Numbered from the stretch's first letter, positions 44,236 through 56,800 are shown. The stretch: 64,000 nucleotides of DNA from Thecamonas trahens ATCC 50062 (GCF_000142905.1 NW_013657629.1:124001-188000), one strand, 5' to 3'. Numbers and translations: made by a program. The notes: generated from the sequence alone by a model not told the origin.

Positions 44236-46350
44236 ATGCTGCGATTGGCAAATAGAATGAGGGTGGGCGGAAGAGCCTGGCGAGTCGCATCGATGGGCAA
44301 GAGCGAGATAGGGGCAGGTACCATGGCGAGTATGCTGGGCAGGTTGTCGAGCACTGCAAACGACCGGTCTGTACCGGGTACCAGCAGCGAGGACGCGACA
44401 GTGGTGGTGGTGGGTGGATATGGGGTCTTTGGCTCGCGGCTGGTGGCGAGGCTGACGTGCCACGAGGGGCTGCGAGTGGTGGTTGCCGGACGATCGAAGG
44501 ACGATGCGCAGCGACTGGTGGACGATCTGCAGGCGGTGGGTGACAAGAACATTCGGGACATTCCCTGGCCATTTGCTGGACCTGATGCATCGTGGCGGGC
44601 GGTGCCCAAGTCGGCGGAAGCGGTCCGTCCGGACGTCCTCAGCCCGCAGTGGTACATGTCGTGTAGCAAGCTTGAAGCGGCAGCCCTCGATGCGACGGCA
44701 GAGGCTGATGTCCTTGCCAAAGCGCTGAAGGAGCTGCGCTGTGGGCAGGAGGCCAGTCGCTTGCTGGTGGTCAACACCTCTGGCCCGTATCGGGCGACAG
44801 ACGAGGGCTATGCGCTGGCGCGCGCCTGCGCCGCGGCCGACGTCCACTACTTGGATCTTGCAGACTCACGAGTGTTTGTGGCTGGCTTTGACGACAACGT
44901 GCCGGTGTCAGAGAAGGCGATGATCCGAACAGCCGGCTCGACGGTCTCAGCGCTGTCCACGGCACTGGCGGACGCGGTCGAGGACGCGGCCGGGCCCGGG
45001 TGGGCGCTCGCTGATGTCGACTACTTTATTGGCGTCGGGCACCAGGGACCACGCGGCCTCGGGACCATCCGCTCGGTTCTCGAGTACTGCGGGAAGAAGT
45101 TCTCTGCATTCCGCGACGGCACCGCCGACGACGCGACCGAGATCGGCTGGGGCTCGCTCTCGTGGCGGGGCTTCCACGGCTTGGCGACACCGCGGCTGGT
45201 TGCGCCGGTCTCTGTCCCGGACATTGATGCCTTTCCAATGTGGTACCCAAACCTCCGCAACCACCGGTTTGCGGCCTCGCTCGAATTGCCTGTGGTGATG
45301 GCCGGGATGCGTGTGCTGGCATGGGTGCGGAGCGCGCTGAGCATCGAGTCATACGATCGCCTTGCGCCGGCGCTGGCGGCGGCAGCCAAGTTGCTCTCGC
45401 CGTTTGGCTCACCAGACGGCGGCATGCACATGCGCGGCACGCTTGTCGACACCACTGGCGAGCGCAGCGAGCGGCCGTTTGAGGCGAGTCTCATCGGACA
45501 GGCCGGGTACGGGCCGGACACACCTGTCGTGGCTGCCGAGCTGGCGGCGCTGCAAGTTCGCGACGCGGCGCGAGCTGCCCGCCCGCTACCGCCACACATG
45601 CTCGGAACTGGCCTCGCCGGCAAGCTCTTCTCACTCGATCAGTTCCGGGCGCTGCTCGACGGCGCAGGCGCGCCGTTCTCGTGGCGACTGGCGCTCGACG
45701 ACGAGGCTGCAGAGGGTGGAGCGAGCGCGAACGATGCCGGCGCGGCGCACGCGTTCACGCGGGCTATGGGCGCGGATGAAATCAGTGCCATGCCACCGGC
45801 GCTGCGCGCATTCCACGACACTGGCGGCAAGGTTCGCGGCGCGCTGACGGTGACCCGCAACAAAGCGATGCTCAACAACCTGGTGACGACGCTTGGGATG
45901 CTGCCGAAGGACTCGGGCGGCGAGGCTGTGGCGGTCGAAGTGACCTCTGAGAACGGGCTCTGGCACCGCAAGTTCTTTTCAGGCCCACCGTCAAAGCCCG
46001 GCAAGATCATGTCGCAGCTCAAGTCCGTGTGGTCGCTCATGCCACGGAGCGCGTTCAACGGCGCGTCTGGAGTGGTCTTTGAGTCGTTCTACGGCGGGCT
46101 GATGAAGATGGCGTTCCACGTTTCGCCGCTTGGCGATCGTGGCGCTGATGGCTTCCGGCACACCACCAAGGGCATGTTCCTCCTCTGGGGCCTTGTTCGC
46201 ATCCCGTTCCCGCTCATGCTCCGCGGCGACGGCTACTCGCTCGCGCACCCAGATGGGCGCGGCTGGTACGTCAAGGTTGACATCGATGCGCCTATCATCG
46301 GGCGGCTGGTCTCGTACGAGGGCGACGTGTACGTTGTAGACGACGAGTGA
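44236..46350 (+). CDS. Saccharopine dehydrogenase-like NAD(P)-binding oxidoreductase fused to a DUF4166-like C-terminal domain
   Basis: VVGGYGVFGSRL, VVVAGRS, VVNTSGPY, VHYLDLAD and PRGLGTIRSVL; C-terminal MPPALRAFH..WHRKF..GWYVKVDIDAPIIGRLVSYEG. Start uncertain (44236 to 44323). Confidence 0.78.
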   Translation: MLRLANRMRVGGRAWRVASMGKSEIGAGTMASMLGRLSSTANDRSVPGTSSEDATVVVVGGYGVFGSRLVARLTCHEGLRVVVAGRSKDDAQRLVDDLQAVGDKNIRDIPWPFAGPDASWRAVPKSAEAVRPDVLSPQWYMSCSKLEAAALDATAEADVLAKALKELRCGQEASRLLVVNTSGPYRATDEGYALARACAAADVHYLDLADSRVFVAGFDDNVPVSEKAMIRTAGSTVSALSTALADAVEDAAGPGWALADVDYFIGVGHQGPRGLGTIRSVLEYCGKKFSAFRDGTADDATEIGWGSLSWRGFHGLATPRLVAPVSVPDIDAFPMWYPNLRNHRFAASLELPVVMAGMRVLAWVRSALSIESYDRLAPALAAAAKLLSPFGSPDGGMHMRGTLVDTTGERSERPFEASLIGQAGYGPDTPVVAAELAALQVRDAARAARPLPPHMLGTGLAGKLFSLDQFRALLDGAGAPFSWRLALDDEAAEGGASANDAGAAHAFTRAMGADEISAMPPALRAFHDTGGKVRGALTVTRNKAMLNNLVTTLGMLPKDSGGEAVAVEVTSENGLWHRKFFSGPPSKPGKIMSQLKSVWSLMPRSAFNGASGVVFESFYGGLMKMAFHVSPLGDRGADGFRHTTKGMFLLWGLVRIPFPLMLRGDGYSLAHPDGRGWYVKVDIDAPIIGRLVSYEGDVYVVDDE

Positions 46351-46386
46351 TCGTTGACCACTGACCAGACCAGTTGGACCACTTAT

Positions 46387-46882
46387 CCGGCCGACGACTA
46401 GCCCGGCCGACGACTAGCCCGGCCGACGACTAATCCGGCCGACGACTAATCCGGCCGACGACTAGCCCGGCCGACGACTAACCCGGCCGACGACTAGCCC
46501 GGCCGACGACTAACCCGGCCGACGACTAACCCGGCCGACGACTAATCCGGCCGACGACTAATCCGGCCGACGACTAACCCGGCCGACGACTAACCCGGCC
46601 GACGACTAGCCCGGCCGACGACTAATCCGGCCGACGACTAGCCCGGCCGACGACTAATCCGGCCGACGACTAACCCGGCCGACGACTAGCCCGGCCGACG
46701 ACTAACCCGGCCGACGACTAACCCGGCCGACGACTAGCCCCGCCGACGACTAATCCGGCCGACGACTAACCCGGCCGACGACTAACCCGGCCGACGACTA
46801 ACCCGGCCGACGACTAATCCGGCCGACGACTAACCCGGCCGACGACTAACCCGGCCGACGACTAGCCCGGCTGACGACCAAC
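46387..46882. repeat. Minisatellite: 31 x 16-bp CCGGCCGACGACTA(GC/AT/AC)
   Basis: Exact 16-bp period; 30 near-perfect units (unit 23 has one substitution) plus one degenerate last unit; no spacers. Confidence 0.97.
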
Positions 46883-47052
46883 CCTGCTGATCAGCTCGAC
46901 GACCGTCTCGTCTAAATCGACACCTTCTCCCCCAAATCCCCCACAAGTCGCAACCACCTGAACCACCCGCGAACCCCCCCCCCCCCCCCCTGGCCTCGCT
47001 CCACCCCCCCTCCCCCTCCCCACCCCACCCCACTCCCCCCCCTCACCCATCC

Positions 47053-50000
47053 ATGCCAGGCAGAGGCAAAGGAGGCGGTGGCAGGACATCACGGGCATCG
47101 ACGGCTGTGTGCGTGGCGGTCCGTGTCCGACCGCTCAACCGTAAGGAGCGAGAGGCTGGCGACGAACTGGTGGTGGGGAGGGATAGCCAAGGCGGGACGC
47201 TGACGCTGACCAATCCAGCCTTTAAGAGCCATCGGCAGGAGGAGCAGGGCTTTGATGGAGGGGCCGATGCCGAGCGAACGTTTGTCTTTGACAAGGTCTA
47301 CTGGTCCTACGCCGCATCCGAGGACGATTACGCCGGACAGGAGATGGTCTTTGACGAGCTCGGAAGCCAGTTCCTTGATGCTGCCTTTGCTGGCTACAAC
47401 TCGTCTGTCTTTGCCTACGGACAAACAGGTTCGGGCAAGACGTACTCTATGATGGGGATGGCCGATGATCCGGGCCTCATTCCCAGGACTTGTGCAGAGA
47501 TCTTTGCCCGGGCAGAGGCTGGCCTGGCTGACGGCTCGCTGACAAAGTACTCGGTCGAGGTCTCGTACTTGGAGATCTACATGGAGAGTATCAAGGACTT
47601 GCTTAACCCTGGCGGCGGTGCGGGCGGCGGGCGCGGAAAAGGGCCCGGCGGCGCGCTGGTCGTCCGCGAGCACGCCCGCTTTGGCGTCTTTGTCCCCGGA
47701 CTGGAAAAGCTGGTGGCAGCGTCGAGCGACGACGTGGTCCACTTTCTGGAGCTCGGCTCCAAGGAGCGGACGGTGGCGGCGACTAAGATGAACAACTCAT
47801 CGTCGCGCTCGCACGCCGTCTTTACCGTCTATCTCACCACCGAGGCACCGGCCGGCGAGGGCGGGACCGCCACCCTGCGCGCCAAGATGAACCTGGTCGA
47901 TCTCGCCGGCTCGGAGAACCAGAACAACACCGGGGCCAAGGGGACGCGGCTCAAGGAGGCTTGCGCCATCAACAAGTCGCTCTCGGCCCTCGGCAACGTC
48001 ATCTCTGCACTCACGTCCAAGTCGCGGAGCAAACGGCACATTCCGTACCGTGACTCGGTCCTCACCCGCCTGCTGCAAGAGTCGCTCGGCGGCAACGCCA
48101 AGGCCATCATGCTTGTGGCCATCTCGCCGGCGTCGTCCAACTACGCGCAGACGTACTCGACGCTCTCGTTTGCCGAGCGTGCCAAGAAGATCGTCAACTC
48201 GGTCTCGCGCAACAAGACCTCGAACCAGGACATGGTCAAAGCGCTCAAGGCCGAAGTCGAGCGGCTCAAGACGCTGCTGGAGGCCGGCGGCGAGACCACC
48301 CGCGAGCCGGTGGTCGAGGAGCTGCAGCGCAAGCTCGACGAGCAGAACGCCATCATTGCGGAGCTCAAGGTGACCGACGACGAGCGCCGCGAGCGGACCT
48401 CGCTCATTGTCCTCGAGCGCGAGGAGCTGCTGGCCTCGCAGGGCATCTCGCTCCGCCAGCTCGGCTCGGCGGTAGGCAAGCAGTCGACGCCGTATCTGGT
48501 GAACCTCAACCCAGATCCGGAGCTTGCCGCCTCGCTGGTCTACTACCTGAGGCCGGGGCGGTCGACGGTCGGCGCGTCGGCCGACGTTGCCGACATTGTC
48601 ATTGCCGGCCTTCGCGTCCTTCCTGCCCACTGCGTCCTGGACGTCTCGCTCGACTCGGGCGCGTCGATCACACCGCTCACCGACGCGCTGACTTATGTCA
48701 ACGGGCATATTGTCCGCGACGCGGCTACACCGCTCACAAATGGCTGCCGCATCATCCTCGGCAAGTCGGTTGTCTTTCGCTACATCTCGCCGCTCGACGC
48801 CGAGCCGCTGCCCGAGTTTGGTTGGGACGACGCGGTCCGCGAGATGTCTCTGGTGCTGGGCATCGGCGGCGGAAGCAGTGCTGGACACGGGGGCACGTCG
48901 CGATGTACAGCTCGCTGCGAGCTGGCGGCGCCGACGCAGCGCCCGGCGCCGAGCCTGTCGATCCGCGGATGTCGCTCCTCGCCGAGGCGGCGATTTTGGC
49001 AGACGAGGGCAACGACCTAGCGCGAGCCATGCAACGGCCGGTCATGTTCTCGCCGGATCTGGAACCTGCCGTTGGCGGTGACGACGTCATTTCTATCCGG
49101 TGCTGCTCGATGGTCAACGGACGAACGATTGTGGTCACACTTGCCGAGTTCAAGCAGCGGATCGAGGCGATGTACAAGCTCTACGCCGAGGCTGGACTGG
49201 GTGACGACAAGGGGCTTGTTGAGGACGAGGTCGAGTTTGACGATCCGTTCTCCATCCACGCTGCCGACCAGCTGGTCGGCAGCGGGCGACTCTCGCTTGA
49301 GCCGCTGCTCAAGGGTCACGCCATCGACGAGCTTGTCGAGATTGTGAGCGAGGACGGCGCGGCTGTAGGGCGCCTCCACGTCCGAGTTGCTGTCCTCGAA
49401 GCGGCGACGTACAAGCCGATGCGGCAGGTGCCGTCGTTTGCGCACGCGCGCGGGACTGAGATCATCTTTGTCCTCGACATTGTGGGCGCACACTCGGTCG
49501 AGTCACCGGCCAACTCGGGCATGTTTGTCCGCTTTACCTCGCTCTTCCCGGAGGAGGACGTACTCAACGTGACGGAACGCGGGGTCGGTCCCGGCAACGC
49601 GCCCAAGTTTGGTTTCCGCGAGCGGTATGTGCTCGTTCTCGACGACGAAGTCTACGACGTCTACCGCGAAGAGCCGATGCTCCTCGAGCTGTGGGGGCGC
49701 AACGAGGTTGTCGACTCGGTGTTTGCCGGCGTAGACCTCGGCGCCACCGACGCATCCATCGACACCGAGCTCATGGGCGCGTTGCAGAGCGAAGTCGCCG
49801 AGTTGCGGAGCGAGAACGCCATCATGCAGACCAGGCTTGGCGAGGCACAGGCCTCGGTCGCTTCCCAGAAGCGTATCATCACCTCGCTCCGCCATCAGCT
49901 CGAGGTCCTGGGAGCCCGCAAGAGTGAGCCAGCGTCGGCGACACCCACCAGCCATACCGAGCCTGTTGAGGTCACCGTTCAGGGCAGTGACGGGGACGAC

Positions 50001-50117
50001 AGCGGGAGCAGCAACGGCGAGGACGGCGCAGCGGACGCAGAGCAAGGCGTGAGCGACAGCGGGTGCAGCGGCGAGAGCAGAGGCGGGAAAAAGTCGCGAA
50101 CGTGCGCTATTCAATGA
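47053..50117 (+). CDS. Kinesin-3 family motor (motor, FHA, C2-like tail, coiled coil, CaaX end); one frameshift near 48889-48893
   Basis: VAVRVRP, GQTGSGKT, SSRSH and DLAGSE motifs; PYLVNLNPDP..YYL and FHA domain; downstream frame has EAAILADEGNDLA, DDPF and QLVGSGRLSLEPL typical of kinesin-3 stalks. One extra G joins ORFs 47053..49020 and 48822..50117. Confidence 0.9.
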
Positions 50118-50158
50118 ACACAAGACGGTGGGGAGCGCGGCGCGGGTTTTCGCAAGAC

Positions 50159-51105
50159 TCAGGCCAGCTCTGCGTCTGCGGCGGCAAGGGCAGCGGTGAC
50201 GACGGCTTCGAGATCGTCGGCAGCAGCCTGGGTCGCGTCGTGGGCGTCGAGGGCAGCGGCCAGCTGTGCACGACGGGCCTCGACGTCTGCGGTGAGTGTG
50301 GCGAGGGCGGCGTCTTTGTCGGCGAGGGCAGCGTGGAGAGCATCGACTTGGTGGAGGGCGGCAACGAGCTCGTCGTGCTTGGTTGCAAGCTTGTTCTGCA
50401 GCTCGGTGATGGAGGCGTCCCGATCGGCGAGGGCGTCACGGAGGCTGGCGAGCTGGAGATTGTGCTCGGCCTCGGCGTCGGAGATAGCGGCGTCGACCGA
50501 GGTGACAAACTCATCCATGACGGCGCTCTTGGCGCGAAGTGCCGAGACCAGCGATTCTTGGGTCTGGGCCTCTGTCCGTGCGCGGGCAAGCAGTTCCCGC
50601 GCCTCGTCGCGCTCCGAGACCAGCTTCTCGACAGCAGCGCGAATCCGGGTCGTTTCTGTCTGCGAGCGCTGTGCGGCAGAGGCCTGCGCGGCACGCACAC
50701 TCTCGAGCTTGGCCTCAAACTGCTCCATTCGCGCCGCGTTGGCCTTTCGCTCGCTCGCCAGAGTCTCAAGCGCCATCTGCAGCGCGCGTTGATGGCGCCC
50801 AGGGCTCGGAGCAAGCGGCGGCTCGCGCGACGGAAGCGATGTCACCAGTGCTGACGCCGACAGCGCAGTATCCTGCAGCGGCTGGTCGTCCTCGACCTCG
50901 GGCACCTGGACCGAAAGAGGCCTTGGCCGACCAGGCACATACGGTGGCGGAGTGGTGTGCGGCGCCGATGGCGAGTGCGGGATGACGGGCGGGGCGACTG
51001 GCAGCAGCTGTGGCGATGAGAACGGATGCACCGGATGCGGTGACGGCGGCGGATGATCAGGCGGGCGGATGGCAGGAAGTGTGTCTGTGACAGAGCCGGC
51101 GACAT
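50159..51105 (-). CDS. Hypothetical Pro-rich/coiled-coil protein; 5' end uncertain, probable frameshift at about 51063
   Basis: Long Ala/Glu/Leu heptad region in ORF 50159..51031. The nearest upstream ATG (51105) joins only if one base is added to a G3 run. Confidence 0.6.
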
Positions 51106-51370
51106 GAGCTCGTGCGGGAGCGAGCTGATCTTGTCGGCGTAGTGGTGGCCAGTACCATCAGCTGGTGGTGATGGCTGCGAGGTCAATGGCGGGGCAGATG
51201 CAGAGGGAGCCGGCGACAGGAGGTGGTCGAGGGACGATGGTTGCGGTGGCGGAGTCGGTGACGTGTATGCCGGCGGTGTCCGGTGGGAGGGGGACAGGTG
51301 GGAGGAGTGGGAGGAGTGGGAGGAGCGGGAGCGGCGGAGGGCGAGGAGGTGGGTAAGGGGGTGCCGAGGA

Positions 51371-51440
51371 TGGTGGTGGTGGTGGTGGTGGTGGTGGTGG
51401 TGGTGGTGGTGGTGGTGGTGGCGGTGGTGGTGGTGGTGGT
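51371..51440. repeat. (GGT)n microsatellite
   Basis: Read directly. Confidence 0.92.
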
Positions 51441-51614
51441 AGTCAGCTGGTCGGTCGGTCGGGCGGTCCGCTTGTGTGGCAATCCGACGGCTGTGATGGA
51501 GGACGCGAGGCGCAAGGCTATGCTCTGCAGCGACAGTAAGGCCTCTCTGCAACAAGAAGTGGGAAAGGGGGTGGTGTGTGTTTGCTTGGTGTTGGTGGCG
51601 GGGGAGGGGGGGGT

Positions 51615-53607
51615 CTACATCCAGGCCGAGGTGCCCATGCGGATCATGCAGGCAAAGTTGGAGAGCATGGTGCCCGAGTCGCCGGTGTAGCACATGACGA
51701 GGGCGATGTAGGCAAAGAGGAAGCAGGTGCAGTAGGTGCAGAGGTAGAGGTTGGGCGAGCCGTGGTTGGAGACGAGCTCGCGGTTGTACACGTGGGTGGC
51801 CTCCTCCTCCTCCTCGTCATAGGACGACTCGAGGGCGGCGAGGACGCGGTCGCGGCGGCCGACACGAACAGCGGCGATGCCCTCCTCAGGATCGTCATCG
51901 CCGAACATGAGGTCGGCGGTGTAGGACGACGAGCCCTCCTCATCGTCGTGCTTGGCCTTGAGGGTCCTGGGCGAGCACGACTCGCAGCAGAGAAAGTTGA
52001 GAGTCTTGGAGAGGAGGCAGAGGTTGCGGCCCATGAGGGCAACAAAGAGCGACATGCGGAGGTCCTTGCGGAGCTCCGGGTTCTGGTAGTAGTGGCGCTC
52101 GATGGTGGCGAGGTAGAGGAAGGTGTACCGCGCGAGGGCGCCGATGGCATAGATAAAGTAGAAGATCCAGGCCAGGCGGATGAGGACGGCAAAGGTGCGG
52201 AGGCCGCCCTCGGATGTCCCGGCGGGGCACACGCCCTCGGGCTGGTCGCGGCAGTAATCGGCGACCTGTGACTCGAGGTCAAACAGGTGGGCAAACCAGG
52301 CACAGATGGCGACAAAGATAAAGAGCACAAGGCCCACAAAGAACCACTGTGTCAGCGAGTGCTGCGTCTGCGGCCGCGCCTGCCACGACGTCTTGTGCGT
52401 CCACGCCGTGATCCCGCCCATGGTGTAGAGCACAACCGCAATCCAGTTGAAGACATGGAAGTACGAGAGCGGCGCCTCGATGACAAGCTGCGTGATGACA
52501 AAGAGCAAGTGCGTGAACGCGAGCAGCATGGTTGTCACTGAAATCGTCCGCCGGTACCACTTGCGCGAGTAGTCGTGCCGCCGCATCTGCACCATCCGCA
52601 GCCGCGTCACCGCATCTGCGTCCAGCCACCGCAGCACCTCGTCCTCAAACGACTTGCCCTGTCTGCCTCCCGTTCCAGTTCCACGTTCCAGCTGCGTCAG
52701 CCGCTGGTCGAGCGTCTCAAGCGAGACTGCGGGCCAAGGGAATAACCGTGAGTGATGGAGATTGTGGGGCAGAGAGCCAGCCAGCCAAGCCAGCCAGCCA
52801 GCCAAGCCAGCCAGCCAGCCAGGCTACAAATTTTGAACCAAAGTGCGAAAAGGCTCACAAAGTGGCAATGAAATCGGCGCCAAACGGTGGCCACCATTAA
52901 TCACATTGACAAATAATCGTTGGTTGGGGGGGAGGGGCTGGGAAAGGAGGAAAGGGGGGGGGGGGGGGCGTGCGACTGACATTAATCGATGACTCATCGA
53001 TTGTTGTTGCGGTGGGCGGGAGGCAGGGAGTGGGGGGGGGGGCAGGGTGGCAGGACGAGGAAGTGCACGGGGGAGGGGAGGGAGCGGGGGAGGGGAGGGA
53101 GGGGAGGGAGGGGGGGGGAGAGAGAGAGGGGAGAGGATATGACGTACGCCTGCGCTCACCATGGCTCTTGGCCTTGAGGCGCTCCAGCTTTGCGCGTGCG
53201 TTGAGGGTGTTGGCGGTGGTCTTCTGCGACTGGAGAATGGCCTCAGCTTCGGCGATTTTCTCTGCCCGCGACTTGCTACCCTTGCGGGAGGAGGAGGACG
53301 CCGGTCTGCGGGAGGAGGTCCCACGGGCATCATCATCATCACTGGCTCCACCCCTTGAGCGAGAGCGAGAGCGGGAGGCGTTCCGTGACGCGTTCCGCGA
53401 GGCGTTCCGCGAGGATGTGGAACGGACGTTGCGCGACGAGCTGCCCCCAGCCGAGCCCCGCCCGCCGCGACTCCGCGACGACCGGCTCCCGCCAGGCATG
53501 CTCCGCGCGTTGCGCTTGCTCGAGCTGCGGCCCTTGGACGACGACCGGCTCCGCTTCGACCGCGGAGCTGCGTCATCTCCCGAGAACGACACCGCGTTGG
53601 GGTCCAT
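51615..53607 (-). CDS. Hypothetical multi-pass membrane protein with Ser/Arg-rich N-terminus; exons 53607-53148 and 52726-51615
   Basis: A GTACGT..CAG phase-1 intron (53147-52727) joins ORF 52897..53607 to ORF 51615..52805 in frame; about 5 hydrophobic helices follow. Confidence 0.7.
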
Positions 53608-53800
53608 GGTGTGCAGAGGGAGAGTGAGGTACCGTCCTCGCTCACAGCTCTCGCTCTCTCCGGCCCTTGGCGTGTCGGTTGGCCGCCAACCGACGACCGA
53701 TGGCGCGCGGGCGGGCGGCGGGCGGCGGGAGCGGGAGCGCGGCGACGGCGGCTGATGCTGGCGAGTCTGTGGCTTGGGGCAAACGGAGCGAGACTGGGTT

Positions 53801-56800
53801 TTACGACGAAGCGGCGGCGTCGCCGGGCTTCATGGCCTCAAACATGGCAATCGACTCGTCGACGCCGACAAGCTCGACCTTGGCAGCCTCGAGCTTCTCG
53901 ACGATGACGACCTGGGCGGCCTCGGGCACCTTGTCCCACTTTGCCGGGTTCGCCATCTTCTTCTCGATCTTGGTGACCTCCTTGACCAGGGCGGTCTTCT
54001 TCTTGGCGAGCTTGGCAAGCTCGCGGTCGACGTTGACGACGCCGGCCTTGAGCTCGAGGTGGACCGAGGCGCCGGGCGCAAAGACGTTGACGGCGCACTG
54101 GCGCGGGGCCTCGCCGTCGGCGACGACGGTGACGGACTCGGCAAAGGCGAGCCACTCGACGTAGGTGGCGTAGCGCTCGCACGAGGCGCGGGCGTCGTCG
54201 GTGGCGGCGGAGAGGTAAATCGGGGCCTTCTGTTTGGCCGACGAGAGGCCGTACTCGGCGCGGAGAGCGCGGGCGCCGGTGAGCGCAGCCTGGAAAAAGG
54301 CAAAGTCGGCGAGGATGGCGTCCGAGGCAAACGCCGGGTTGTCCTGCGGGTACTCGGCGAGCATGATGGTCTCGAGGCCGGCATCGGCGTGCTCGGGGCG
54401 GCGCGGGAGGCGCTGCCAGAGCTCCTCGGTGATGAACGGCATGAAGGGGTGGAGGAGGCGGAAGCCGGCCTCCATGGCGGTGTAGAGGGTCTGGCGGGTG
54501 ACGTCGCGGACGCGGTCGGGCGTCTCGGGCGAGGTGATGACCGGCTTGCAGAGCTCGATGTAGTAGGCGCAGAGGCGGCCCCACCAGAACTCGTACAGCG
54601 TCGAGGTGACCGGGATAAAGTTGTACTTGGCGAGGTTGGCGTTGACCGAGACCGTGGCCTCGTTGAGCGAGGCGAGGATCCACTGGTCGGCCGGCGACCA
54701 CTCGGCGGACGAGGCCTCAAACTCGGTGGCGGTCCACGGCTGGAAGTTGTCGCCGAGGCAGTGGAAGACGGCGTAGCGGGTCGCGTTCCACAGCTTGTTG
54801 CAGAAGTTGCGGTAGCCGACGACGCGATCGATGTCAAGGTTGACATCGCCGCCGGTGCCGGTGTACGAGCAGAGGCCAAAGCGGAGGGCATCGGTCCCGC
54901 ACTCGGGGATGCCGTCGGGGAAGTCGGCCTCCTGCGAGGCCTGGGCGATGGCAACCTCCGACTGAGGCAGGTTCGAGTTGGCCACCGTGTTCTTGAGCTC
55001 CTCGAGCGAGATGCCCGAGATGACGGCGAGCGGGTCGATGACGTTGCCGAGCGACTTGGACATCTTGCGACCGTGGGCATCGCGGACCATGGCGTGGAGG
55101 AAGACGTCCGAGAACGGGAGCTCGTCCATGAGCGCAAACGACATCATGACCATGCGCGCGACCCAGAAGAACAGAATGTCCTGCCCGGTCTCGAGGAGCG
55201 CGGTGGGGAAAAAGGTCTTGAGGTCCGGCGTCTCGTCCGGCCAGCCAAAGACGGAGAACGGGAAGAGGCCCGAGGAGAACCATGTGTCGAGGACGTCGTC
55301 GTCCTGGACGAGGACCACGTCGTCCTCGGCGACGCCGAGCTTAGCGGCGGCGGCGGTCCGGGCCTCGGCCTCGGTCCGCTCGACAACCCAAGCGTCGTTG
55401 TCGGCGAGGCCCGAGTCCGGCGCGTCGGCGGCGGACGTCGAGATGCGCCACGCCGGAATGCGGTGGCCCCACCAGAGCTGGCGCGAGATGCACCACTCGG
55501 GAATGTCCTCCAGCCAACGCTGCCAGTTCTTGCGCTGCGACTCGGGCACAATGTTGAGGTCGCCCGAGGCTGCGGCGTCGATGCCGCGCTGCGCGAGCTC
55601 GGTGCACGACATGTACCACTGCGGCTTGAGCATGGGCTCGACCACGTCGCCCGACCGCGAGCAGAGGCCAAGGCGCATGCCGGGGTTCGCCTCCAGCCCG
55701 CGGTACAGGCCGCGCTCCTTGAGGTCGGCGAGCATCGCCGTCCGCACATCGAACCGCATCATGCCGGCGTACTGCCCGCACTCGTTGTTCATGGTTCCGT
55801 CCTCGTTGAGCACGTTGATGAGCGGGAGCTCGTGCTTGAGGCCGAGCGCGTAGTCGTTGGGGTCGTGCGCAGGCGTGATCTTGACGGCGCCGGTACCGAA
55901 CGACATGTCGACGAGCTCGTCGTCGAGCACGATCGGGATGACCCGCTCGAGGTACGGGTGCTTGACAAACTTGCCGTGAAGGTGCGAGTACCGCGGGTCC
56001 GCCGGGTGGATGCACACCGCCGTATCGCCGAGCATGGTCTCAAGACGAGTGGTGGCAACGACGATCTCGTCGTCGTCGGCATCAAGCACGCCGTCGGCGT
56101 CGCAGATCTTGTACGCAAACGAGATGATGCAGCCAAACAGGTACTCGCCATCGTGGTTCGGCACCTTGCGCTTGACAATGCCGTCGAGGTCGATGTAGTC
56201 GACCTCGATGTCGGAAATGGCCGTCTTGAGCTGGCACGACCAGTTGACGAGCCGGTTGTCGCGGTAGATGAGGCCCTTCTTGTGAAGGCGGACAAAGGCT
56301 TCGGTGACGGCCTTGGCCCGGGTCTCGTCCATGGTGAAGACCTCGCGCTCCCAGTCGAGCGACGAGCCGAGCTTGCGGAGCTGGTTGGTGATCCGCGCGC
56401 CGTACTCGGCCTTCCACTCCCACACCTTGTCGACAAAGGCCTCGCGCCCGAGGTCGTGCCGGGTCAGGCCGTCCTCACGCATGATCTTCTTCTCGACCAC
56501 AACCTGGGTGGCAATGCCAGCGTGGTCGACGCCAGGCACCCACAGCGCAGCCTTGCCCTGCATCCGCTGCCAGCGGACGAGCGTGTCCTGCACCGCGTTA
56601 GTCAGTGCGTGCCCGAGATGGAGCGAGCCAGTGACGTTCGGCGGCGGAATGACAATGACATACGTCTCCTGGTCCTCGGCCACATCCTCGGCCTTTTGCG
56701 AGAAGAAGCCCGACGCCTCCCACCACTCGTACCAGGCCGACTCGACCGCCCGCGGCTGGTAGGCCTCGAGGAACTCGCCGAGCTGCTTCTTCTCGCCGAC

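Noticed and set aside
46387-46882. CRISPR array or telomeric repeat
   Set aside because: Units are directly adjacent with only a 2-nt variable position, there are no unique spacers or cas genes, and the array is internal and flanked by genes.
12130-50117. Calling the frameshifted dipeptidase, TTI1 and kinesin genes pseudogenes
   Set aside because: Each has a single lesion in a homopolymer run with all motifs intact, and TTI1 is normally essential; sequencing error is more likely.
51183-51618. Extra 3' exon for the membrane gene via a GTAGAC..CAG intron
   Set aside because: The donor does not fit the GTACG pattern and the product would run into a (CCA)n microsatellite; unsupported without transcripts.
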